DNA of 64,000 nt from Oscillospiraceae bacterium (GCA_009783265.1 WRHM01000002.1:94564-158563); one strand, 5' to 3'. Counted from the stretch's first letter, positions 20,456 to 29,983 are shown. Notes: generated by a model not told the origin, from the letters alone. Numbers and translations: made by a program.

Positions 20456-21328
20456 ATGATTACAAAACGAAGATATAAAATACTCGTGGATTTTGAACGT
20501 GTACATAAATTTTTAACAGAAACTTATGATATAAACTGCACTCTTTTACCGCAATATTTTGAATACGCGCATATGCACGGTTATTTTGACTATTTTAATA
20601 CTCATCATTTCGGAATCTGGGAAGATAACGGAAAAATTATAGGTATCGCGTGCTATGAAATGATTTTGGGCGAAAGCTGCCATTTGCACACGCATAAAAA
20701 TTATAAATTTCTTCTGCCGGAATTATTGGAATGGGCGGAATATAATTTATACGGAATAAAAGACGGCAAGCGCATATTGGAAATAGAAATAATGGAGAAA
20801 GAACCTGAAAAAAGAGAATTGCTTAAATCCACGGATTATTTAATTGCTTACAGCGGACCGTGCAATATATATCCGTATGATAAACCGTTCCCTGAGTGTA
20901 AATTACCGGAAGGATTTACGCTGATTGACGGCACAAACGCAGATTATGTGAAAATACACCATTGTTTTTATAAGGGATTTGACCACGGCGACGATATAAA
21001 CGACGCAGACGCAAACGGAAGAATTTTTGCATGCAATGCTCCCAATGTTGATTTATCGCTTTGGACTTATATAGTCGCGCCTGACGGCGAATACGCTTGC
21101 GGTCTCGGAATGTGGTATGATAAAACAAATAAATACGCCTATCTTGAACCACTTGCCACAATTCCGAAATACAGACGTATGGGACTTGCGACGGTTTGTT
21201 TGACAGAAGCAATGAAAAAGACAAAAGAACTCGGAGCAAAATATTGTTTTGGCGGAAGCCGTGAATTTTACACAGATATAGGTTTTGAAACTATCATGAA
21301 CTACGAAACTTGGAAAAAAGAATGGTAA
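20456..21328 (+). CDS. GNAT-like acetyltransferase-fold protein with an N-terminal extension of about 180 aa.
   Basis: C-terminal GNAT motif-A-like YRRMGLATVCL...ELGAKYCF. 22-nt gap from the upstream ABC gene. Confidence 0.5.
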   Translation: MITKRRYKILVDFERVHKFLTETYDINCTLLPQYFEYAHMHGYFDYFNTHHFGIWEDNGKIIGIACYEMILGESCHLHTHKNYKFLLPELLEWAEYNLYGIKDGKRILEIEIMEKEPEKRELLKSTDYLIAYSGPCNIYPYDKPFPECKLPEGFTLIDGTNADYVKIHHCFYKGFDHGDDINDADANGRIFACNAPNVDLSLWTYIVAPDGEYACGLGMWYDKTNKYAYLEPLATIPKYRRMGLATVCLTEAMKKTKELGAKYCFGGSREFYTDIGFETIMNYETWKKEW

Positions 21329-21371
21329 AACGGTAAGATAAAAACAGAAATTAAGAGAGGTTATTTTTTAT

Positions 21372-22148
21372 ATGGAAGCAATGCAAACAAACAAAAATAA
21401 TATAAACGATATAGTTGACATAGTATATTTAACTCCGGAAAACGCAAAATTTACAATATCTGAAAATAATTTTTTGCAGTTAAACGCAAATGTGGAATAT
21501 CCGGAAACTCTTCAGGACAGCGCAAAAAAAGAATCTGAAGATAATAAAGAAAATGAAAATCAAGCTGATAAAATCGAAGAATTCTTTTTCGAGCGTATAT
21601 TTTTACATAGAGCTTTCCCGTTTGATAATCCGTATAAATACATATCAGTCGTAGGTAATTTTCCCAAACGTGAAGAAGATAAAAAAGAAGACGAAGAAAA
21701 AAAAGATTCTTCGTCTACGCCTCCGAATGAGGAAGGCAATGAGAATAAAAATAGTAATAGTACGGAAGAAAATAAAGGTGACTCCCCTGCCCAACCTCGT
21801 GAAAATACGACTTCTCTCGGAGATTTAAAAGAAATAGGTATTATTTCGGATATTGCAATATTTGACGATATTCAACAGCAATATATAATAAACGAACTCG
21901 ACAGAAAATATTTTGTTCCGGTTATAGATTTTATATATTCTATGAAAGACAAATTCGGATTTTCATATTGGGAAGTAAAAACAAACGTAGGAAAAATAAA
22001 ATTTACGGTCAATGACGCTTACAGGAATATTTTAAAAGTTACAGACGACAGAATTATGATCAACGACGTAAATGGCAACAGATACGAAATAAAAAGCTTA
22101 GAAAATTTTGATCAGTCGAGTTACAGAAAAATCGAAATATATCTGTAA
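21372..22148 (+). CDS. DUF1854-like protein. It is bipartite, with two folded parts separated by an acidic/Ser/Asn-rich low-complexity linker.
   Basis: Low-complexity segment KREEDKKEDEEKKDSSSTPPNEEGNENKNSNSTEENKGDSP. The C-terminal part (FVPVIDFIY...RIMINDVNGNRYEI) is PH-like. The DUF1854 assignment is from memory of ABC-adjacent proteins, not from a search. Confidence 0.4.
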   Translation: MEAMQTNKNNINDIVDIVYLTPENAKFTISENNFLQLNANVEYPETLQDSAKKESEDNKENENQADKIEEFFFERIFLHRAFPFDNPYKYISVVGNFPKREEDKKEDEEKKDSSSTPPNEEGNENKNSNSTEENKGDSPAQPRENTTSLGDLKEIGIISDIAIFDDIQQQYIINELDRKYFVPVIDFIYSMKDKFGFSYWEVKTNVGKIKFTVNDAYRNILKVTDDRIMINDVNGNRYEIKSLENFDQSSYRKIEIYL

Positions 22149-22192
22149 TATCTGGAAATAATTAGTATTATAAAAAGGCGGTGAGTTAAAAT

Positions 22193-24478
22193 TTGAAAGA
22201 AAAAGCATTATCGCAAAATGTTATAAATTCTGCGAAAGAATCTGTTTTGCATACTCTCGCAAATGAAATAGATAAGACAGCAAAAGAAAAAAATGATATT
22301 AACCCCGGTAAAATTATATATAAATTTAATTATAATATAAGCAAATCAAATAATATAACTTTTGGCGGGGTTATTTTAACGGAAAATTATATATTTTCGT
22401 ATGACGAAGAATCAAAATCTTTAAAACAATATGATTTGAATAAAATAGATAATTTAAAATGCGTGATGCAGGTAGGGTGTTTATCTGTTGATTTTAAATA
22501 CGACGGAGAATTGACGGAATTATGCAGGGGAAATTTAGAATATCAGCATGTATTCCCTGATTTTACTGCTCAGTTTGATTTATTTTTGATAGACAGAGCA
22601 AAAGAAATTTCGGATAAAAGCGAAAAAAATATTTGCCCGAAATGCGGAGGATTTTTTGAACCCGGTACAGAATTTTGCGCTAATTGCGCAAGCAAATCGG
22701 GAATTATCTGGAGAATTTTAAAACTTGCTGCGGAATATAAAATGCAACTAATTATTTCAGCCGGTTTAGCTGTAGCCGCAAGTATCACGGCAATATTTAT
22801 TCCAATATTGCAAAAAAATCTAATAGATAATTATATCGCTCCGTCAGATACTCAAACATTATTAAGCGTAACTTTTATTGATATTTTACTGGTAATAATA
22901 GGAATTGTCGTTTTGAATTTAATAAGAGAATTTCTGACTGTCGTTAAAAATTTAATAGTCGCTAAAATAGGCACGAATTTATCTTATAATCTTCGCTCTA
23001 TTATATTTAAAAAAATACAGGACATGTCAATTTCAAAAATACTAAAACGCACGGCGGGCGAATTAATAAACAGAGTTCAGGGTGACACTGAAAATTTAAA
23101 TGAATTTTTATCGTTTGTCGTTCCGGATTTAGTGCACCAGTTTATTCTTACAATAATAATCTCAATAGTTATGCTTCGTTATAACTGGGTTCTCACTTTA
23201 ATTATTTTTCTCCCCTTGCCCGTTTATTTTTTGATAAACGCTTTTGCGTGGGGATTCATGGAGAGTTTATTTATCAAAGCATGGAAAACGCGTTCGGCCG
23301 CAAGTTCTGTATTATACGATATTTTTTCCGGAATAAAAGTCGTAAAATCTTACGGTACGGAAAAACAGGAAATAGAAAGATGCGGCAAAGCGTTAAAAGC
23401 GCAGGTCGATATAGAAATGAAAAGCGAAATATTTTTTAGTATATTATATCCAATCGCAAAATTTTTTCTGCATGTGGGCTCGTATTTTATAATTTTATAT
23501 GTCGGAAATAAAATAGTTACGGTCGTTGGCGGAAAACCGTTGATGACAAGGGGCGAAATGGTGCAGTTTATGTCTTATTTAAGCTTAATCTACGGACCAC
23601 TTGAATGGATAGGAAATATAGGACGCTGGCTTTCATATACGCTTACTTCAGCTTCAAAATTATTTGAAATCATAGACCAGAAAATAGAGATTAAAGTTCA
23701 GGAAAATCCGGTTCAGAAAGATATAAACGGATATATTGATATAAAAGACGTAAATTTCGGTTATAAAGATTATGAAATGGTTTTGAAAGATATAAATTTA
23801 TCTGTAAAACCCGGTGAAATGATAGGGATAGTCGGTAAATCCGGGGTAGGAAAATCTACTTTGATAAATTTATTAATGCGTTTATACGACGTTAATTCCG
23901 GTGAAATAATTATTGACGGAATTAATATAAAAGATTATGACCCTAATATTTTGCGAACGCAAACCGGAGCAGTTCTACAGGAAACATTTTTATTTTCCGG
24001 TACGATTTACGATAATATAGCTTACGCTAAAAGCGAAGCGACGAGAGATGAAATTATACGTGCGTCAAAATTAGCGAACGCTCACCAGTTTATTATGAAA
24101 CTTCCTGACGGTTATAATACAAAAGTCGGCGAACACGGACATACTTTATCAGGCGGCGAACGTCAAAGAATAGCGATTGCGCGGGCTGTTTTACATAATC
24201 CGAAAATTTTAATATTAGACGAAGCGACTTCTGCGCTTGATACAGAAACAGAAGCGCTTGTTCAAGACGCTCTGCAAAAATTAATCCAAAACCGAACAAC
24301 TTTCGCAATAGCACACAGATTATCGACATTACGTAACGCAACAAAACTTATAATAATCGATAAAGGAACTATCGCCGAAATGGGTACGCACGAAGAATTA
24401 ATGTCTAAAAAAGGCATATATTATTCGCTCGTCATGGCTCAGAGGCAAATGTCTAAAATGGCAATCATAAAAAATTAA
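22193..24478 (+). CDS. Second ABC transporter ATP-binding/permease fusion protein. It carries an N-terminal soluble domain of about 150 aa plus a Cys4 zinc ribbon.
   Basis: Probable TTG start. Zinc ribbon CPKCG-x9-CANC before TM1. Six-TM domain. Walker A GKSGVGKST, signature LSGGERQR, Walker B ILILDEAT, H-loop IAHR. Confidence 0.8.
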   Translation: MKEKALSQNVINSAKESVLHTLANEIDKTAKEKNDINPGKIIYKFNYNISKSNNITFGGVILTENYIFSYDEESKSLKQYDLNKIDNLKCVMQVGCLSVDFKYDGELTELCRGNLEYQHVFPDFTAQFDLFLIDRAKEISDKSEKNICPKCGGFFEPGTEFCANCASKSGIIWRILKLAAEYKMQLIISAGLAVAASITAIFIPILQKNLIDNYIAPSDTQTLLSVTFIDILLVIIGIVVLNLIREFLTVVKNLIVAKIGTNLSYNLRSIIFKKIQDMSISKILKRTAGELINRVQGDTENLNEFLSFVVPDLVHQFILTIIISIVMLRYNWVLTLIIFLPLPVYFLINAFAWGFMESLFIKAWKTRSAASSVLYDIFSGIKVVKSYGTEKQEIERCGKALKAQVDIEMKSEIFFSILYPIAKFFLHVGSYFIILYVGNKIVTVVGGKPLMTRGEMVQFMSYLSLIYGPLEWIGNIGRWLSYTLTSASKLFEIIDQKIEIKVQENPVQKDINGYIDIKDVNFGYKDYEMVLKDINLSVKPGEMIGIVGKSGVGKSTLINLLMRLYDVNSGEIIIDGINIKDYDPNILRTQTGAVLQETFLFSGTIYDNIAYAKSEATRDEIIRASKLANAHQFIMKLPDGYNTKVGEHGHTLSGGERQRIAIARAVLHNPKILILDEATSALDTETEALVQDALQKLIQNRTTFAIAHRLSTLRNATKLIIIDKGTIAEMGTHEELMSKKGIYYSLVMAQRQMSKMAIIKN

Positions 24479-24549
24479 TAAATAAATTAAATCTATAAGC
24501 CTCCTTGTAATTTATTTTCCAATAAACCATAACAGCAATAAATTATTGC

Positions 24550-24578
24550 TTGACAATATCGCGTATTGCTAATATAAT
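24550..24578 (+). promoter_or_regulatory. Consensus sigma-A-type promoter: TTGACA, 17-nt spacer, TATAAT.
   Basis: Exact consensus hexamers with 17-bp spacing, about 45 nt upstream of the HTH regulator start. Flanked by a 12-nt long-range inverted repeat (24497-24508 and 24608-24619). Confidence 0.5.
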
Positions 24579-24622
24579 CGTTATGGTAATTGAATAAATA
24601 AAAACACAAGGAGGCTTTTTTC

Positions 24623-25006
24623 ATGAACAATATCGGTAAAACAATTAAAAAAATCCGCGAGGAAAAAAATATCACGCAGGAGCAACTTGCCGAAAAATTA
24701 AACGTAACAAGACAAGCCGTATCAAACTGGGAAAACGGCAAAACCCAGCCGGATATTGACACAATAATAAAAATATCTGAAATATTAGAAGTTTCCGTTG
24801 AAGAAATAATTTACGGCCAGAAGAAAATCACTAACGAAATTGTAACAAATAAAAGTGTAAAAATCGGAACTCAATCCGGTATTGGATTTGGAGCGGCGCT
24901 TGCTATGATTATTTCTTATGTGAAATGGCAATCAATCGGCTGGGCTATTTTGCACGGTATTTTAAATTGGATTTATGTTATTTATTTTATAGTCAAAAAA
25001 TATTAA
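24623..25006 (+). CDS. XRE-family helix-turn-helix transcriptional regulator with a C-terminal membrane anchor.
   Basis: HTH motif QEQLAEKLNVTRQAVSNWENGKTQP. The C-terminal 50 aa are hydrophobic (two predicted TM helices). RBS AAGGAGG. Confidence 0.75.
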   Translation: MNNIGKTIKKIREEKNITQEQLAEKLNVTRQAVSNWENGKTQPDIDTIIKISEILEVSVEEIIYGQKKITNEIVTNKSVKIGTQSGIGFGAALAMIISYVKWQSIGWAILHGILNWIYVIYFIVKKY

Positions 25007-25007
25007 T

Positions 25008-25937
25008 TTACGGCAAAATATTTCCGGCGGACAAATAAATTTCATACCATTCTTTTTTAGTCAAATTAACTTCTGAAGCTTTACATATTTCCGCAACTCT
25101 CGTTTTATTTGTCGACCCGACAATCGGCTGCATTTTTGCGGGATGTCTCAAAAGCCATGCGATTGCAATCGCAGAATTTGTGACGCTATATTGTTTCGCA
25201 TATTTATCTATAACTTCGTTGAGTTTCGGGAATTTTTCGAGATTTCCTAAGAACGCGCCTTCAAAAAATCCATATTGGAACGGCGACCACGGCTGTATCG
25301 TTATTTCTTTTAAACGGCAGTATTCGAGTATATCTCCGTCGTGATTAACTGAATTGCCGTTTTTCATATTGACGTTTATACCGCTGTCAATCATGCCTGT
25401 ATGCGTAACGCTTAATTGTAATTGATTTATTATTATTTCTATGCCGACATTATTCAAATATTTTTGCAATAATTCTATTTGATACGGTTTTTGATTGCTT
25501 ACGCCGAAGAATTTAACTTTCCCGTTCTTTTTTAATATATCAAACGCTTCAGCAACTTCTTCGGGTTCCATTAAAGTATCAGGCCTGTGCAATAATAAAA
25601 CGTCTATAAAATCAGTTTTAAGGCGTTTTAAACTTCCGTCTACAGAATTTAATATATGTTCTTTGGAAAAATCAAAAAATCCACTGCGAATCCCGCATTT
25701 TGTCTGTATAATAAACTTTTTTCTGATTGACGGGTTCATGTCTATTGCATTAGCGAATACTTCTTCGCATTTTCCTCCGCCGTAAATATCGGCGTGATCG
25801 AAAAAATTTATGCCATTGTCAAGCGCAGTTTTAACAAGTTCATCGATTTCCTTTAATTGCATACCGGATATACGCATCATTCCGAGTGATATTTCCGAAG
25901 CGTTTGTTATTTTGTTTTTAATGTTTAAGTATTTCAT
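25008..25937 (-). CDS. Aldo/keto reductase family oxidoreductase.
   Basis: AKR TIM-barrel blocks (DHADIYGGG, LLHRPD, GVSNQ). 309 aa. Confidence 0.8.
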   Translation of the reverse strand: MKYLNIKNKITNASEISLGMMRISGMQLKEIDELVKTALDNGINFFDHADIYGGGKCEEVFANAIDMNPSIRKKFIIQTKCGIRSGFFDFSKEHILNSVDGSLKRLKTDFIDVLLLHRPDTLMEPEEVAEAFDILKKNGKVKFFGVSNQKPYQIELLQKYLNNVGIEIIINQLQLSVTHTGMIDSGINVNMKNGNSVNHDGDILEYCRLKEITIQPWSPFQYGFFEGAFLGNLEKFPKLNEVIDKYAKQYSVTNSAIAIAWLLRHPAKMQPIVGSTNKTRVAEICKASEVNLTKKEWYEIYLSAGNILP

Positions 25938-25970
25938 AAAAATTTTTCTCCTTTATAATTATTATATATT

Positions 25971-26993
25971 TTATTTTTCTTCAATAAAATCTTCGTTTTT
26001 TTCTGTTTCATATTCGTAATCTTCCAAATCGCCTGAGCTTTTTTCCGTTGAATAATCTATTATCGTTCCCCTGCCCTTTTGTGCGATTGAAACTACGTTG
26101 CCGTCTGATATTATAATTATATCCCTATCTAAATCCGTGCGTAAGATTTCCGCGCCGTTTGATTCAATTCTGTCCACTACTTTTAAATTAGGGTGGTTAT
26201 AACTGTTGTCAATCCCGCACATTATAACTGCGTATTTCGGATTTAAAAGTTTTATAAAATTCGTTTGACTTGAAGTTGAAGATCCGTGGTGCGCAACTTT
26301 TAAAATATCTATTGATAAATCAATATTATTATTTTTACAATATGTTATCACTTCATTTTCAGATTCTTTTTCCATATCTCCTGTAAATAAAAAATTAGTG
26401 TTTCCGTAAGTTAATTTTATAACAACGCTGTAATTATTTAAACTTTTATAGCTGTCAGAATTTGGAGCAAGTATAATAAACTCTGCTCCGCCGAATTTAA
26501 AAGTTTTGCCGGGTATCGCGGCATTAATTTCTAAATTTTTATTTTCTATTTCGGTCAAAAGTTTTTCATAGGTTTTAGTATTATGATAAACTTCCGGCAT
26601 AATAATATTTTCTATATCATAATTTTTGACGATTTTATCGGCTGAACCTATATGGTCTGAGTGCGGATGCGTAAATATTACATATTTGAATTTTGTTATA
26701 TTATAATGTTCAAGATAACTGTTTAACTTTTCGTACTGGTCTTTTTCTCCCGTATCTATTAATATAAATTCATTTTCGGGACTTTGAATTAAAATGCTGT
26801 CACCCTGTCCCACGTCAATATAATGAACGGCAAGTTTACCAGATAAATCTATATTATTATTTTCTAATATATCGCTTACAAAATCGCCGATTTCGTCTTT
26901 ATATAAATATCCAAAAATAATCAAAGCTATAATAACAATAATACTTAATATTGATTTGTTATTTATAGCGTTTTTCTTTTTCTTTCGAGCCAT
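25971..26993 (-). CDS. Membrane-anchored MBL-fold metallo-hydrolase (ComEC/Rec2 C-terminal-domain-like).
   Basis: N-terminal TM anchor. Beta-lactamase-fold motifs HYIDVGQGDSILI, THPHSDHIG and VAHHGS. 340 aa. Confidence 0.7.
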   Translation of the reverse strand: MARKKKKNAINNKSILSIIVIIALIIFGYLYKDEIGDFVSDILENNNIDLSGKLAVHYIDVGQGDSILIQSPENEFILIDTGEKDQYEKLNSYLEHYNITKFKYVIFTHPHSDHIGSADKIVKNYDIENIIMPEVYHNTKTYEKLLTEIENKNLEINAAIPGKTFKFGGAEFIILAPNSDSYKSLNNYSVVIKLTYGNTNFLFTGDMEKESENEVITYCKNNNIDLSIDILKVAHHGSSTSSQTNFIKLLNPKYAVIMCGIDNSYNHPNLKVVDRIESNGAEILRTDLDRDIIIISDGNVVSIAQKGRGTIIDYSTEKSSGDLEDYEYETEKNEDFIEEK

Positions 26994-27132
26994 AATATTT
27001 ATATTCTCCGTATTTTTTATAATGATATTTTTATTATATCAATTATACAATTTTTTTGCAATACATTTATTGTTAATATTTGAATTGTATTATATAATTA
27101 ACAAAAATCATAGCGGAGAAATATTTTTAATT

Positions 27133-28551
27133 ATGATTATCAAAAAAAATGAAATATATAAAATTAAAATAATTGATTTAAGCAGCGACGGTCAAGGTAT
27201 CGGTAAAATCGAAAATTTTATAGTTTTTACAGAAAAAACCATTCCCGGAGATTTCGTTGAAATTAAAATTTTAAAAACAAATAAAACTTATGGTTACGGT
27301 AAACTAATAAAAATAATCAGTCAGTCTTCTGACAGAATAAAATCAAAATGCGATATTGCCGATAAATGCGGAGGTTGTTCTCTCCAGTATATGAATTATA
27401 ACGCTCAATTAAATCATAAAAAGAAAATCGTCGCAAATTGTCTCGAAAGAATAGGAAAATTTAAAAATATAAATAATATAATAACAAAAATTATCGGCAT
27501 GGATAACCCGTATAATTATAGAAACAAAGCGCAATTTCCTGTAAAGGAAAAAGCTTTGCAAATACATAAAAATCCTGTTTGTTCTGTTGATAACCCTGTT
27601 GATTCTGTTGATATAGGCTTTTTTTCCAAAAGAAGCCATGATATAATTAATTTGGATAATTGTAATATCTCAAATGAAATAAATATTGCAATTATAAATA
27701 TTTTCAAAATATTTATTAATCAAAATATAAACGATTTTTCGCCGTATAACGAAATAAATCATACAGGATTAATCAGGCATATTTTTACGCGAATCGGATT
27801 TTATACCGGTGAAATTATGGTTTGCATAGTGATAAACGGCGATAATTTTTTCGAATGTAAAGAATTAATAGATAAATTGTCGCAAATAAAAGGTATGACA
27901 AGCATTATGCTTAACATTAATAAAAACAAAACAAATGTTATTCTTGGCGATAAAAACAAAATTTTATGGGGAAAAGATTATATCACAGATTATCTATGCG
28001 GTAAAAAATTCAAAATATCCGTAAATTCGTTTTATCAAATAAATCCGATTCAAACAGAAAAATTATATAATAAAATTATTGAATTTGCAAATATTGATAA
28101 AACCGCAATATGTATTGATGCTTATTGCGGTATCGGAACTATATCAATTATACTTTCGCCATATATAAAAAAAGTTTACAGTATTGAAATTATTAACCAA
28201 GCCGTAAATGACGCTAAAGAAAACGCAAAACTAAATAATATAAAAAACGCCGAATTTATAACAGGAAAATCCGAAGAAATAATCCCCGAATTAATAAATA
28301 ACGGCGAAAATATTGATTTGCTTATAGTTGATCCACCAAGAAAAGGCTGCGATATAAAATTAATTGAAAGTATTATTAAATCAAAAATAAAAAAATTGAT
28401 TTATATATCATGCGACCCCGCAACGTTAGCGCGTGATTTAAATTTATTATGTGAAACCACGTATGAATTAAAAAAAGTACAACCAATCGATATGTTTCCC
28501 CATACAATGCATGTCGAAACTGTTGTTTTACTGCATTGTAAAAATTTTTAG
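27133..28551 (+). CDS. rlmD: 23S rRNA (uracil-5-)-methyltransferase, RumA/RlmD family (TRAM domain, Fe-S cluster, SAM methyltransferase).
   Basis: Start placed at the ATG at 27133, so the product begins MIIKKNEIYKIKIIDLSSDGQGIGK (TRAM). Cys cluster CGGCS. SAM motif I DAYCGIG and the DPPR motif. The upstream in-frame extension in the ORF track overlaps the neighbouring gene and is rejected. Confidence 0.75.
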   Translation: MIIKKNEIYKIKIIDLSSDGQGIGKIENFIVFTEKTIPGDFVEIKILKTNKTYGYGKLIKIISQSSDRIKSKCDIADKCGGCSLQYMNYNAQLNHKKKIVANCLERIGKFKNINNIITKIIGMDNPYNYRNKAQFPVKEKALQIHKNPVCSVDNPVDSVDIGFFSKRSHDIINLDNCNISNEINIAIINIFKIFINQNINDFSPYNEINHTGLIRHIFTRIGFYTGEIMVCIVINGDNFFECKELIDKLSQIKGMTSIMLNINKNKTNVILGDKNKILWGKDYITDYLCGKKFKISVNSFYQINPIQTEKLYNKIIEFANIDKTAICIDAYCGIGTISIILSPYIKKVYSIEIINQAVNDAKENAKLNNIKNAEFITGKSEEIIPELINNGENIDLLIVDPPRKGCDIKLIESIIKSKIKKLIYISCDPATLARDLNLLCETTYELKKVQPIDMFPHTMHVETVVLLHCKNF

Positions 28552-28651
28552 ATTTTTTAATATAAATTTGAACCTTTTTATATTCTTTTGCGTCTTTATC
28601 AATGAAGTCGATTTCAAAGTAATTAAATAAAAATTAAATGGAGGTGAAAGA

Positions 28652-29974
28652 ATGGATAAAATTGAATTTGAAAAATTGTTTCTGTTGTGTAAATCTTCGC
28701 TTGAACGGTTTGTATATTTTAAATTACCGTCAAAATTTGACGGCGACGATATACTTCAGGAAGTCGCGATTTCGGCGTATAAAAACATAGGCGAAATTAA
28801 GAATCCCGAAAATTTTAAAGCTTGGGTTTTAAAAATCGCTAAAAATAAATGTAATGATTTTTACAGGAATCTCGCGAAAAAGCATGAAATTCCGTTAGAC
28901 GAAATGACTGACAACGTAGTTTCAATGAACCGTTATGGGATTACAGATACGCAAATTGTCCGTGAAACTTTAAGCAATCTTGCCGATAAAGATAAACAAA
29001 TTTTGTTTTTGTATTATTTCAAGAATAAACCGCAGGCTGAAATTGCGTCAATATTAAATATCCCTGTCGGGACTGTAAAAAGCAGATTACATACGGCAAA
29101 ACAAAACTTCAAAAAATCCTATCCTTTCCCTCCCCTATTAAAAGAATCTAAAAAATTAAAAGGAGAAAAAGTTATGAAAAACACAAAATTTTTACCCGAT
29201 ATTATGCCGGAATATAAAATAACGCAATCAAAAAAAACCCCGTTTGACGTAAAATGCGAGGAAGCTCCCGGTTGGTTTATAATACCGAAACTCGGTGAAA
29301 AAATAACATGGGCAATGTATGATTTTCCAGAACGCACGCGCAGCGAAGTATATGATATTAAAGTTACGGGACGCGCAATAGTTCATGGAATCGAAGGCGT
29401 CGAAATTATTTCCGAAGAACGCAACACAGGAAATTCTTCTCATAAAAATGATAACTGTACCCGTAATTTTGTCGCACAATTAACTGATACTCACAGCCGT
29501 TTTCTCGCCGAAAGTTATATGCAAAACGATATAAAAATATATCACACGTTTTTAGACGGCGATGAATTTAATATGTACTGCGGAGAAGATAATTGCGGCG
29601 ACGAAATTAATTTGTCGCCAAAAGGTATTATCAAAAGAAACGGAAATATTATAACTTCTAAAAATAACGAACCCGCAACGGATATAACCGGTCGTTATAA
29701 CGTTGAAATAAACGGTAAGATTTATGATACTGTTTGTTTTATTGATTTTGCGGTTTATAATCCGCCGGTTTTCGCAGAAAAGTATATAGACCAAAACGGC
29801 AGAACTGTTTTATGGCGCAGGTTCAACAGAAACGACTGGAAAACCGAACGTTATAACGAACATTTCAACCGCAAAGGCAACTGGAGCGAAATGTTTCCCG
29901 AAAACGAACAAGTCATTGTCAACGGCGAAATTTATGTTCACTGGTATGACTGTATTACAGATTATATATTATAA
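28652..29974 (+). CDS. Sigma-70 family (ECF-like region 2 plus region 4) RNA polymerase sigma factor fused to a soluble C-terminal domain of about 270 aa and unknown function.
   Basis: Region 2 DDILQEVAISAYKNIGEIKNPENFKAWVLKIAKNKCNDFYR. Region 4 HTH AEIASILNIPVGTVKSRLHTAKQNF. No TM segment. There is an in-frame RBS-like AAAGGAG plus ATG at about 29173. Confidence 0.7.
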   Translation: MDKIEFEKLFLLCKSSLERFVYFKLPSKFDGDDILQEVAISAYKNIGEIKNPENFKAWVLKIAKNKCNDFYRNLAKKHEIPLDEMTDNVVSMNRYGITDTQIVRETLSNLADKDKQILFLYYFKNKPQAEIASILNIPVGTVKSRLHTAKQNFKKSYPFPPLLKESKKLKGEKVMKNTKFLPDIMPEYKITQSKKTPFDVKCEEAPGWFIIPKLGEKITWAMYDFPERTRSEVYDIKVTGRAIVHGIEGVEIISEERNTGNSSHKNDNCTRNFVAQLTDTHSRFLAESYMQNDIKIYHTFLDGDEFNMYCGEDNCGDEINLSPKGIIKRNGNIITSKNNEPATDITGRYNVEINGKIYDTVCFIDFAVYNPPVFAEKYIDQNGRTVLWRRFNRNDWKTERYNEHFNRKGNWSEMFPENEQVIVNGEIYVHWYDCITDYIL

Positions 29975-29983
29975 ACCGCAAAA

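Noticed and set aside
26956-27132. Upstream in-frame extension of rlmD given by the ORF track (start at 26956).
   Set aside because: The extension overlaps the start region of the divergent MBL-fold gene and encodes a Phe/Ile-rich artefact. The canonical RumA N-terminus (TRAM domain) begins at the ATG at 27133.
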